Source: Malacoraja senta (Eukaryota). Taken from it: DNA of 64,000 nt. Positions 50,581 through 62,338 of this stretch are shown here, piece after piece; the stretch's first letter is position 1, and each line of letters opens with the position of its first letter. The stretch lies in contig CM075998.1 in the NCBI GenBank assembly GCA_038087875.1, positions 5,520,001-5,584,000 of the forward strand, given 5' to 3'. The position numbers and the translations under genes are program-made. The notes below the pieces were generated by a model. It was not told the DNA's origin, searched no databases, and worked only from the letters and a program-made list of their open reading frames with translations.

Positions 50581-51350
50581 TCTCACTCGCTCTCTCTCTT
50601 CTTTCGAACTTCCCCTCCCCCTCTCTCCTTCTCTCTCTCTCTCTCTCTCTCTCCCTCCCTCTCTCCCCTCCCCCCTCTGCCTCTCCCCTCTCTCCTTCTC
50701 TCTCTCCCTCCTCGCCCCTCTCCTCTCTCCCTCTCCCCTCTCTCCTTCTCTCCCTCTCCCCTCTCTCCTTCTCTCCCTCTCCCCTCTCCCCTCTCTCCTT
50801 CTCTCTCTCCTTCTCTCCCTCTCCCCTCTCTCCTTCTCTCCCTCTCCCCTCTCTCCCCTCTCTCCTTCTCTCTCTCCTTCTCTCCCTCTCCCCTCTCTCC
50901 TTCTCTCCCTCTCCCCTCTCTCCTTCTCTCTCTCCTTCTCTCCCTCTCCCCTCTCTCCTTCTCTCCCTCTCCCCTCTCTCCTTCTCTCCTTCTCTCCCTC
51001 TCTCCTTCTCCCCTCTCCCCTCTCCTTCTCTCTCTCTCCCCCTCTCCTCTCCCTCTCCCTCTCTCCCCCTCTCCTCTCCCTCTCCCATCCTCTCATTCTC
51101 CCTCCCTCTGCCTCTCCCCCTCACCTCACCTCTCCCTCTCCCTCTCCCCTCCCCCTCCTCTCTCTCCCTCCCCCTCTCCCGTCTCCCTCTCTCTCCCCCT
51201 CTCCTTCCCCCCCTCTCTCTCCCCCTCCCCTCTCCCTCTGCATCTCCCCCTCCCTCTCTCCTCTCCCTCCCTCTCTCTCTCCCTCCACCCCCTCTCCTAT
51301 CCCTCTCTCCCCTCTCCCCTCCCCTTCTCTCCTTCTCCCACCTCCCCTCA
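50581..51350 (+). repeat. CT-rich polypyrimidine tract upstream of AHR exon 1
   Basis: ~770 bp composed almost entirely of C and T. Confidence 0.95.
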
Positions 51351-51759
51351 AACTCACACTACTCTGCTCCAAACACTGACATCTATAATTTAATGTGAGC
51401 AGAGTACAAACATGTATGTACTTATTATTTTTTTGCCCTGTTCTTGGAAAACACACAAAGTGCTGACAGAACTCTGGGTCAGGAAGCATCCATGGAAGGT
51501 AGAAACAAGGAACTGCAGATGCTGATTGACACAAAATAAGACACGGAATGCTGGAATAATGCAGTGGGTCAAGCAGCATCCCTGGAGAACATAAATAGGT
51601 GACGTTTCGGTACAGCACCCTTCTTCAGACTCCTGTTGGACCCAAGTATCTTTTGCCCGATGGGAGAAGAGGGAGTGGCCAGAGTGCGGCTGGTCCTTGA
51701 TGATGCTGCTGGCCTTGCCGAGGCAGCGTGAGGGGTAGATGGAGTCAATGGATGGGAGG

Positions 51760-52135
51760 TTGACACAAAAAGCTGGAGTAACTCAGTGGGACATGCAGCA
51801 TCTCTGGAGAGAAGGAGTGGGTCGAGACCCTTCTTCAGACTGATGTCAGGGGAGGGGGCGGGACAGAGATAGAATGTAGTCGGAGACTGTAAGACTAGTG
51901 GGAGAACTGGGAAGGGGGAGGGGATGGAGAGAGAGGGAAAGCAAGGGCTATTTGAAGTTAGAGAAGTCAATGTTCGTACCACTGGGGTGTAAACTACCCA
52001 AGTGAAATATGAGGTGCTGTTCCTCCAATTTGTGCTGGGCCTCACTCTGACAATGGAGGAGGCCCAGGACAGAAAGGTCAGATTGGGAATGGGGGGGGGA
52101 GTTGAAGTGCTGAGCCACCGGGAGATCAGGTAGGT
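51760..52135 (-). mobile_element. Penelope-like element 3' fragment
   Basis: PDLPVAQHFNSPPHS...KLEEQHLIFHLGSLHPSGTNIDFSNF (GIY-YIG C-terminus) followed by pLTR. Confidence 0.75.
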
Positions 52136-53019
52136 ATTTCGATTTGAACCAGCATCTGCAGTTCTTTCTTACACATTGTGAAAAAGGTTGTTGTCTCAAC
52201 ACGAGGACACCAGGTTCTCAATCTCCTTCCTGTACTCGGTCTCATCATTATTTGATATCCAGCCCACAATGGTGGTGTTGTCAGCGAATTTGTAAATGGA
52301 ATTAGATTTGTGCATGGCTGCACAGTCGTGGGTGTACAAGGAGTTAAGGAGTGGGCTGCATCTCAAGGCACAGGAGAGACCACCAATGGTGTCTCTGCAA
52401 AATCATTTAAATCCACTGGATGGGTAAGCAAGCTAACATCAATGTACGCTGCACCCAGTCTGAAGAAGGGTCTCGAGCAGATATGTCACCCATTCCTCCT
52501 CCCCACTAAGTTACTCCAGCTTTTTGTGTCTACCTTCAATTTAAACCAGCATCTGCAGTTCTTTCCTGCACATCACTGTACTCTCCCAGGTCAATCATCC
52601 TCAGAAACAAAACCCTAGTTACATTTGGTTGGCTCCATTGGGCAGGCCATTTCATTTGCATGCCTGACACCAGACTACCAAAGCAGACACTCTATGCCAA
52701 GTTCTGTCACGAATGCGACGCGAGATCATGAGGGAGACTGCGAAAGAGATTCAAGAGTGTTTGCCAAATCTTCTTGAAGAAATGCAACATTCCCACTGAT
52801 TCCCGGGAATCTGAAAGTGGGAACACAAGAGACTGCAGATGCTGGAATCTGGAACAAAACAGTGTTGGAGGAACTCAGCCGGTCAGGCGGCATCTGTGGA
52901 GGGAAATGGACAGATGACCTTTGGGATTAGGAAGCTTTGAAAATGGAGCATTTGGGATTGTACTGAGAAATTCAAGTCCATGTATGGGAAATATACAGAG
53001 GCCAAGAGTAACATAGCGA

Positions 53020-53625
53020 AAGGATTTGAGTTTAGGAGCAAGTTACTGCCGTTGTACAGGGCCCTGGTGAGACCGCACCTGGTGTATTGTGTGCAGTTTT
53101 AGTCTCCTAATTTGAGGGAGGACACTTGCTATTGAGGGAGTGCAGCGTAGGTTCACCAGGTTAATTCCCGGGATGGCAGGACTGACATATGATGAAGGAA
53201 TGGGTCGACTGGGCTTATATTCACTGGAATTTAGAAGGATGGGAGGGGATCTTATAGAAACATATAAAATTCTTAAGGGATTGGACAGGCTAAATGCAGG
53301 AAAAATGTTCCCCATGTTGGGGGAGTCCAGAACCAGGGGTCACAGTTTAAGAATAAGGGGTAGGCCATTTAGCACTGAGATGAGGAAAAACATTTTCACC
53401 CAGAGAGTTGTGAGTCTGTGGAATTCTCTGCCACAGAAGGCAGTGGAGGCCAATTCACTTAATGGTTTCAAGAGAGAGTTAGATTTAGCTCTTAGGGCTA
53501 AAGGAATCGGGGGATATGGGGAAAATGCCAGAACAGGGTACTGATTCTGGATGATCACATTGAATGGCGGTGCTGGCTCGAAGGGCCGAATGGCCTACTC
53601 CTGCACCTATTTTCCATGTTTCTGG
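53020..53625 (+). mobile_element. CR1 3' fragment
   Basis: ORF 53140-53544 is CR1 ORF2 C-terminus. Confidence 0.88.
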
Positions 53626-54409
53626 TAAAGAATGGAAGGTGTGGACGTCCTCCCAAAATACCTATCTACTGCTCCATCTTTGGAAGAGTCTGTGAGTCCA
53701 CATTGACCTCATCAGTTACCTCAGAACCGGAGGAGAAGCAAGTCTGAGGATGAAAAAAAAAGTTAACACAAAATGCGTGATAAGTTCACTTTTATTTCAT
53801 TTTTAATGAACAGATTGATGAAGTATTAACATAAGATGGGGGGGGAAAAATGTCATTGTCAAACTGTTCGTCTCTGAATTACAAAATCTCACGACCACAT
53901 GTACAGACAATTACTTATGTCTCTCGCAAGGCAACTGGTCCTGAGTCTGTCTAGGTATTTCTGCCGCCTGTGGTAGGCCAGTGATCATCAAACCTATTGG
54001 CCAAAGTAGTGGGAAACACTTGAAGATTCCCTAAGGAGCATGTTGCTATCAATATTGTTTTAAAAACAATATTGATAGAACATAGATCGGACAGCTTTAG
54101 AGGAATCTGGGCCAAATATAGGCAGGTGGGACATTCCACAGACACATCGTGATTGAGGAATGGAAGGTTGGGCACACTCTGACCCATTGCAGGAGCCCCA
54201 GACACCCAGGTTCGATCCTGACCTCGGGTGCTGTCTGTATGTGGGGTTCACACGTTCCCCCTGTGATCGCGTGGGTTTCCTCCGTGTGCACCGGTTTCCT
54301 TCCACGTCCCAAAGACGTGTAGGTTTGTTGGCCCTCTGTAAATTTGCCCCCAGTGTGCAGGGAGTGGATGCGAAAGTGGGATAACAAAGAACTGGTGTGA
54401 ATGGGTGAT

Positions 54410-54945
54410 CCCCAGGGCCTGATGGTCTGCATCCCAGGGTACTCGAGGTGGCCTGATGGTCTGCATCCCAGGGTACTCAAGGAGGTGGCCCTCGAAATCG
54501 TGGACGCATTGGTGATCATTTTCCAATGTTCCATAGATTCAGGATCAGTTCCTGTGGATTGGAGGGTAGCTAATGTTATCCCACTTTTAAAGAAAGGAGC
54601 GAGAGAGAAAACAAGGGAATTACAGACCGGTTAGCCTGATATCAGTGGGGGGAAGATGCTGGAGTCAATTATTAAAGAGGTAACAATGGGGCATTTGGAT
54701 AGCGGTAAAAGGATTGGTCCAAGTCAGCATGGATTTATGAAAGGAAAATCCTGCTTGACTAATCTTCTGGAATTTTTTGAGGATGTGACAAGTAAAATGG
54801 ATGAAGAAGAGCCAGTGGATGTAGTGTACCTGGACTTTCAGAAAGCCTTTGATAAGGTCCCACACAGGAGATTAATGTGCAAAATTAGATCACATGGTAT
54901 TGGGGGTAGGGTATTGACATGGATAGAAAATTGTTTGGCAGAAAG
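54410..54945 (+). mobile_element. CR1 RT-domain fragment
   Basis: PDGLHPRVLKE...QHGFMKGKSCLTNLLEFFE...YLDFQKAFDKVPH, with a ~34-bp tandem duplication at its start. Confidence 0.88.
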
Positions 54946-56738
54946 GAGAGACTGAAGATGCACACAAAGATTCCAGCCACTTGGTCTGCACAGCTTTTAA
55001 GAACGCGGCCAGGTACACCTTCAGGACCTGACGCTTTCCGAGGTTTCACCCTCCTGAAGAATCTACTGACATCGGCCTTGGTGTCGGAGATTACAATGCT
55101 AATTTGTCTGTCACTGCAAGGCTACAGTGGAGCTAGAGAGCAAGTGGACCATTAATTATTTTATCTATACATAACTAAAGCTCTGATTTTGTTATCTTCC
55201 GGTTTGGGCGGCCATTCTATTTGCGTAAAAACGGTACGCAATAGCACTACTCACCGTTCTCCTGTGCTGCGATTGCACCAAGTTTCGTTCCGATCGGCGG
55301 TCTAATGTAAAAGTTAGCGAGGTTTATAAAATCTTTAAAACCGCGCGTGCGCAGATCGATCTCCTCTCCTGCCGTTCAGCGCCGAGTGGATTGGTCTTTT
55401 CTCCTGTCACTCCATGGGACGGTCCGCCCCTTCCTGTGCCATCGTGTCTTTACTGGAGCTGTGGGTGGCCGGCGGAGGTTTCCAACCGGACACAATTTTC
55501 GGAGGGACCGGAAGCGGGAGATGTCGCCAAACGGAAAGTGGAGAATCTAATCCCGGCAGAGGAGAACGACCAGTGACCGCTGTGAGTCCCCATCGCACCG
55601 TCAGCTTCAGCCCCTTCCCCTCTTGTCCCCCTCGCTGTCTCCTGCCCCCCTTCCCCCATGATACCCCCCCCTCCCCCACAACCCCCGTCTTTTCTCCGAG
55701 CTCTCATCCCCCCCCACGCACCCCCCTCCCCCCCCCGCCGGTAGGCCACGACAGCGATAGGCCACGGTAGCCCCCGCCTGCAGCCGTCCCCCTCCCCTCC
55801 CCCGGCTGCAAGAAGCTCCCCCATCCCTGCCCCCACCGGCCCCCAACAGCCCCCGCCTGAAGCCGTCCCCCTCCCTAGGCTGCAGGACGCTCTCCCAGCC
55901 CCCAACAGTCCCCACCTGAAGCCTCCCCGGCTGTAGGACGCTCCCTCCTTCCTCACCGGCCCCTGTCAGCCCCCGCCTGAAGCCGTCCACGGCTACAGAA
56001 CGCTCCCCCCTTCCCCCCTCCCCCGGCTCAGGATGCTCCCGCCGGTCCCTGCCTGAGGCCGTCCCCAGCTGCAGGACACTTCCCCCCCCCCACCGGCCTC
56101 CACCTGATGCCATCCCGTCCCCTGCTGCAGGACGCTCCCCCACCCCCTAGGCAGCAGCAGGGCTAGGCAGCAGTAGGCTACGGCAGTGGTAGGCCACCGC
56201 AGCACTCCCCCCCCCCCCCCCCACCAGCCCCTGACAGGCCCCGCCTGAAGCTGTCCCCCTCCCCGGCTGCAGGACGCTCTGCCCACCAGCCCCCGCCTGA
56301 AGCCATCCCCCGGCTGCAGAACACAACAAGAAAGATTGGACTGAATAAATCTCATCTTTAACGTTTAAATTGTTGTTATATTTTAAGAGTTATTCACATT
56401 TTAAGGTTTAATAAATCCCTTTTCCACTTGCCGTGCCCATCAGCTGTGCCTGCCCAGTGATGCCTACGTCACAATGGGAACCCAATGGGCGGGATTGGCT
56501 GCGCCACCGGAGAGCCGCTAAGAGCGGATGGGGGGGGGGGGTTGAGTGCGTGTGGGGGGCAAGGGCAAGAGGCGGAGTGGGGGGGGGGTGAGGGGAGGAG
56601 GGGTAATCAGGGGCGTCACAACGGGAACCCGGCAGCTGCGCCTGTGCAGTTAGGGGCTATGGGCGAGTGGTGGAATATTGCGTTGGGGAAACGGGTTGCG
56701 TTGGGGGTACGGGTGAGTGGTGGAATATTGTGTTAGGG

Positions 56739-57531
56739 TGAAAAAGTTACTTTTATAACAACTAAACAGGTTCGCTTCTTAATAAACAGACACCACACAA
56801 ACTGTTTGGTAGACCAGTTCAAAACTTTACTTAACATCGGCCGATGGAAGGGAGCGAGAATTCCAGCTAAGTGACCAATGTAGACACTCGACTGTCCTCG
56901 GTCCCCTTCTCTGAACAACAGAATTACATCGCATTATATAGTGTTTCTTTGTCACATTAGCACATTCCACAGACATTAGTCATGGTCAGAGGTACAGGAA
57001 AAGGCATCACATCAAAGGCCTTTTGTTTACAGGTTATGATATACTAAAAACATTGGCCATTTGTTTTAGGTCATTTTATCTTCAAAGAGATCACCCTAGC
57101 TCTTTCGCTGTTTCCTCTCTGTCACTTGGTCCTTCATAACCATAGGCCATTTGTTTTATGGCATCTTATCTTTCCACTTCCCTGGATCCTCTCTCATCAC
57201 TTCGCCCCTCCTAAACATTGGTCATTTGGTTCATGGCATCTTACTTCAAAGATGTGACTAGCTGTTTCTCTCTTCCTTTATTGCCTCCTCCCCCATAAAC
57301 ATTGGTCATTTGGTTCATGGCATCTTACTTCAAAGATGTGACTAGCTGTTTCTTTCTCTGTCACTTCCTCACTTGGGAGATAATGTTATGGTATTTATTA
57401 TCGCAATACCCCAAAACCTGAGGCAACTTAACTTGCCTTTCTGTATTATTCTACTGGAGAAAAGCCTGATTTGAGACTAAATATAAGCTGTAAGCTTTTC
57501 TTATATTTTTTAACATAATTCAGCTTTATCA
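56739..57531 (-). repeat. ERV 3' LTR
   Basis: Direct repeat of 61546-62338, preceded on the minus strand by a polypurine tract. Confidence 0.92.
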
Positions 57532-57789
57532 TTCCATCCTTTTATCAAAATCTTGATAATAACTACAGTCCTTGCCGAGTACATACGAAAGACCATAAGC
57601 ATCTCATCAGGCAAATTATCTCACTGTCTGTAGTCAGGGTATCTTTGCTGCATTTGTCATGTTTGACTCCAATCTTGTTTAAAAGGATGTGTGTACCATC
57701 CTTTAAATGTGGGTTAGTCCGCAAGTTTGCCATTCTGAAGAAAGTCCAGTCCATGTGGGCCACCCCAGAATAAAAGAGGGTCAATAGCT

Positions 57790-58050
57790 CCACAAACCGT
57801 TCACAGTCAATCAAATGTATCCAACGACGATGATCTTCAATCTTCACAGCAGTTTATGTTGTTGATAGCACTTGGTTGTTCCTTTCAACACAATCTCAAT
57901 TTCTTCTTGCCCCAGCACATGGTCATTTTGTAGCCTTTATGGAATCGTCCCTGTGCTCACAGCTCCTCTAACCTGGGAATGCAGATCTGGCAAGACCTGG
58001 GTTAATTGCTGTCCATACATAATTAGTTAATTGCCCAGGGCCTGTAGGTG
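57790..58050 (-). pseudogene. ERV integrase C-terminal remnant
   Basis: TAVKIEDHRRWIHL resembles the TAVKV...WIH motif of class I integrase C-termini. Frameshifted upstream. Confidence 0.55.
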
Positions 58051-59278
58051 GCTTCCCCCCACTCTCCAGGGGGTGGGCACAGCAGCCTTTCCTGTATCAA
58101 TAAAAAAGTTGTAAATCCTGTTTCTCCAGCTGCAGTTGAATAACCCCAATCTACTCTGAAGAAGGGCTTCGGCCCAAAATGATGCCTATTTCCTTCGCTC
58201 CATAGATGCTGCCTCATCCCCTGAGTTTCTCCAGCACTTTTGGCTACCTTTGATTTTCCAGCATCTGCAGTTCCTTCTTAAACACTTCTCTGTGAACTTA
58301 TTCTTTAATCCGATTATATCTGAAGAGGCTCTCCCCACCTAAATATTAAATTCTCCAAATATGTTCTCTTCCCCAATCTACTTATCTTCTCACCTTTTAT
58401 CCCTCATTATGAGATCCCTCAAACCCCCTTTTGTAAGCCATAAGACAATTTTACATGTACATTCATTTCCCTTACACAGCACATGCTTCAACACCTTTGT
58501 TCGTCTGCAGACCGTAATCTTGCTTCATTTGCATTTTAAAGGACAACCTCTGTTATCACATCAAAACAATCTTTCCCAAAAGAACTCACTCAGAATCAGT
58601 AATCAATAATACATTTTCTTTTTCTCTGTAATTTTGACATTTCCAATCTCATTTAACACTTTAATTGGGATGAGTCTCTTTTTGAACTCGGCTCAAAAGA
58701 TTTATAACAACCAACACATTTTATCATTTGAGTATAGCTCCACCCCCCATTCATGGCAGTGTCTTAAAGGAACACACCATAACCTGCCTGTTCATTTGCA
58801 TTTTAAAGGACAAACTGTTCTTAAAGGGACTCACACCTTTGCTCATTGCTTCAAATTTCACACATTCCACATACAAAAAACATTGTTTTACAAGCAGTAC
58901 ATACACAAAAAAAATGTTTTACCAGCAGTATATAATATTTCATCTTCAAAGACGTCTCTTTGTAATTTACTTTCCCTTTTTCTGACAAGACTTCTGTTTA
59001 CCAGAATCCTGGTTACCTAACCCTAATTGGACTTTGATCCAGATCATGATTAGTCAGACTCCCCGTGACTTTTCAGTCTCCCTATCCTATCCTCATTTCT
59101 CCACCGAATTTGTCTTCATCCCCAATTTTTCTATAACATAGTTGCTTGTCAGAAAAAGGATTCCCCCGGGGTAATTTTGTTTTGCAATGCCCCATAGGCT
59201 CTTTCCACCATCCCAGATGCCTGTGGGTGATGTACACAGTGAAATTGCTGTCGGATATAAAAATGTGTACATATTTCC

Positions 59279-59770
59279 TTATAGTGGCAATAAAGTGGCA
59301 ATAGTGGCAATAAAATGGGGACCATTGTCCAAGCTTATGACAGTAGGTAGGCCAAACCTGGGAATAACTTCCCTTAACACCAATGTTACTGTAGTCTCAG
59401 CAGTATCATTAGTGGTTGGTAGAGCTTCAATCCACCTGCTAAATAAATCTAAAATAACTAAGCAATATTTATAACACTGGGCCCTTGGCATTTCAATAAA
59501 ATCAATCTGTATGCATTCAAACGGTCGTGATGGCATTGGCGTCACCCCTGAGGGTATCCTAATTGGTTTGCCTGGATTATTTCGTTGGCAAATTTTACAT
59601 TCAGAGGCCTGCTTCAGTGCCTCTTGCCGGATTTTTAGGTGCCACCACGTTTCTTTTATCATCCTTATCATTCCCTCCTTACCAGCATGGGTAAGTGAGT
59701 GAATATATGTTAGTAAAACTGCATCAGATACACCAACTTGTCCAAGCGGGGTGAGCCGAATCAATGGCAC
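59279..59770 (-). pseudogene. pol: ERV integrase N-terminal zinc finger and core (truncated)
   Basis: H..H...C..C zinc finger, then PFECIQIDFIEMP...YCLVILDLFSRWIEA...EVIPRFGLP...SLDNGPHF (first two D residues of DDE). Confidence 0.88.
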
Positions 59771-59874
59771 AGCCCTCTTGTTTCCATAGTTGTTTTGGGT
59801 TATCAGAGGCGTCCCTCTGAAATGTACATACTTCCCTCATGTTTGGCAGGACCGTTCTATTTGCTAGTATCTGT

Positions 59875-60723
59875 TTACCAGATGTCACTAAGCATTTGGA
59901 TGCAATAGGCTGTTTGTTTGGCTACACTATCGGCAAATGCATTGCCTTTTGTTATAGGGTCCCCAGCACCAGTGCGTGCAGCACATTTAATAATGGTCAG
60001 CTGTTCTGGTATCATCAATGCCTTAAGCAAATAACGCACAGAAAGGCATTCCCGTGCTCCCAATCCTGGGGAGCTTTGTAAGGTCAGAACTTCAAGGTAT
60101 AGGGATATTACTGACGGAGCTGTCACAGGTAAGTATGCCATCGCTACTGGTAGGACGTAGGGAGGTGGACATCTCCCAGGATTATCTAACTCCTCATCTT
60201 CACTACCAAACAGGGTCGTCGTGCCAGACATGAAGTCTCCTCCAGAGGATTTACCAGTACTGGGTTTATTTTTACTAACCATCACCTGTTTATCACCTCC
60301 CGGTTTATCACCTCCCGCCTGTCTCTTAATTATTTTCTCTTGTTCCTCTGCCCACTGGCATTCTAGTTGCAATACTTTCCATCCTTTCATAGTGCCATCC
60401 TTATTTCGTAACTCTATCCCTTGTTTACACGCCGTATGCATCCAACTTCGATCTCTACTCTCCTCATGCTTCTTTTCTGCTTCTGCTTTCCACGTCTTAA
60501 TTCCCTTCTTCCATTTCTTTCCTGCCTTCCTTTCCCATATCAACATTTCTGCTTTTTTAATTGTCTCGACATTCCATGTGCCCCCTACTGGCCAGGCTTC
60601 ATCCCCCAACCGTTTGGTCAACTTGTAACTTAACATTCTAAATTTCTTATTATACTTAGGATTCAAATAACACATATGTTGTACGGGGGTTCCCCCCTCA
60701 CTGTTATCCAGAGCATTCCCCAT
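59875..60723 (-). pseudogene. gag: ERV gag N-terminus fused in frame to RNase H C-terminus (282 aa ORF)
   Basis: MGNA start (myristoylation-type) and a PPPY late domain, followed by LKALMIPEQLTIIKCAA...DPITKGNAFADSVAK, typical of class I retroviral RNase H. Confidence 0.75.
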
Positions 60724-61545
60724 AGATAGATAGAGAGAAAGAGAAAGAGAAAGCAGACTTCTTAATTCCGAATCGTTCCAAATATATCAACCAGGCCGAC
60801 TCGCTACTCGAGACCCCAGTTTCTCAATTCGGCTGACTTTTAAAAAAAATATATATATATTTTTTTTTACCTCTTTGATATACGACCCAAGTGTCTCAAC
60901 GAGGCCGACTCACTAACCGAGACCCCCGTTTCTCAACCTGGCAGACTTAAAATAAGCCCCATGTGTCTCAACGAAGCAGACCCGCTAACCGAGACCCTCG
61001 TTTCTCAACCTGGCAGACTTCTTACTCTTTAATATACAACGCCACTTATTTCTCAATCTGACAACTCTTCGGATGTCTCAATAAGCCAGACGCACACCTC
61101 AACTCCCGTATCTCAACCCGACAAAACACGGATGTCTCAACGAGGCCGATAAGCCCTTAGTAGAGAGAAAAGAAAAAAACAAAGAGAGATAGACAGAGAG
61201 AGAGAAAGAGAAACCACTCACGTCCTTCTTAACAATATACACAAGCCCTTCTTAAAAATACATGCACAATTCTGTCTTAAAAATACATACACAATCCCTT
61301 CTTAAAAAAAAAACCCTATAAAGCCCAACTGGTCTTACCTTGGTCTGTTGCTAAGAACCTCGGCAGGGAACCTGGATCAACCTCTGATGAAGGATCACAG
61401 ACGTTCCCGGGAGTTTCTAGGGAGTCGGTCTTACAAGGGGGCCGATAGAGCTCAGTTATCTCCCTTCCAATCCCGGCAACCTCTGCAACCTCTTGCACAG
61501 TCAGCTGTTGATGGGGTCCCAGCGAGGCCTGCATAACTACGCCAA

Positions 61546-62338
61546 TGAAAAAGTTACTTTTATAACAACTAAACAGGTTCGCTTCTTAATAAACAGACAC
61601 CACACAAACTGTTTGGTAGACCAGTTCAAAACTTTACTTAACATCGGCCGATGGAAGGGAGCGAGAATTCCAGCTAAGTGACCAATGTAGACACTCGACT
61701 GTCCTCGGTCCCCTTCTCTGAACAACAGAATTACATCGCATTATATAGTGTTTCTTTGTCACATTAGCACATTCCACAGACATTAGTCATGGTCAGAGGT
61801 ACAGGAAAAGGCATCACATCAAAGGCCTTTTGTTTACAGGTTATGATATACTAAAAACATTGGCCATTTGTTTTAGGTCATTTTATCTTCAAAGAGATCA
61901 CCCTAGCTCTTTCGCTGTTTCCTCTCTGTCACTTGGTCCTTCATAACCATAGGCCATTTGTTTTATGGCATCTTATCTTTCCACTTCCCTGGATCCTCTC
62001 TCATCACTTCGCCCCTCCTAAACATTGGTCATTTGGTTCATGGCATCTTACTTCAAAGATGTGACTAGCTGTTTCTCTCTTCCTTTATTGCCTCCTCCCC
62101 CATAAACATTGGTCATTTGGTTCATGGCATCTTACTTCAAAGATGTGACTAGCTGTTTCTTTCTCTGTCACTTCCTCACTTGGGAGATAATGTTATGGTA
62201 TTTATTATCACAATACCCCAAAACCTGAGGCAACTTAACTTGCCTTTCTGTATTATTCTACTGGAGAAAAGCCTGATTTGAGACTAAATATAAGCTGTAA
62301 GCTTTTCTTATATTTTTTAACATAATTCAGCTTTATCA
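61546..62338 (-). repeat. ERV 5' LTR
   Basis: Near-identical to 56739-57531 (one substitution spotted by eye). Contains internal ~86-bp tandem repeats. Confidence 0.92.

Larger units (their letters stand above)
56739..62338 (-). mobile_element. Class I (gamma/epsilon-like) endogenous retrovirus, internally deleted
   Basis: Two 793-bp LTRs (TG...CA). 4-bp TSD AGGG at 56735-38 and 62339-42. PBS TGGCGTAGTTATGCAGG (tRNA-Ser-like) follows the 5' LTR and PPT AAAAGGATGGAA precedes the 3' LTR. Contains gag, RNase H and integrase remnants. Confidence 0.92.

Noticed and set aside
50189..51379. 396-aa ORF and other long ORFs over CT/GA/CA tracts (38418-39330, 26937-27706)
   Set aside because: Artefacts of low-complexity sequence that lacks stop codons.
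57563..58290. Retroviral env gene
   Set aside because: No long ORF and no furin, CX6CC or transmembrane motifs. The recognisable part is integrase C-terminus.
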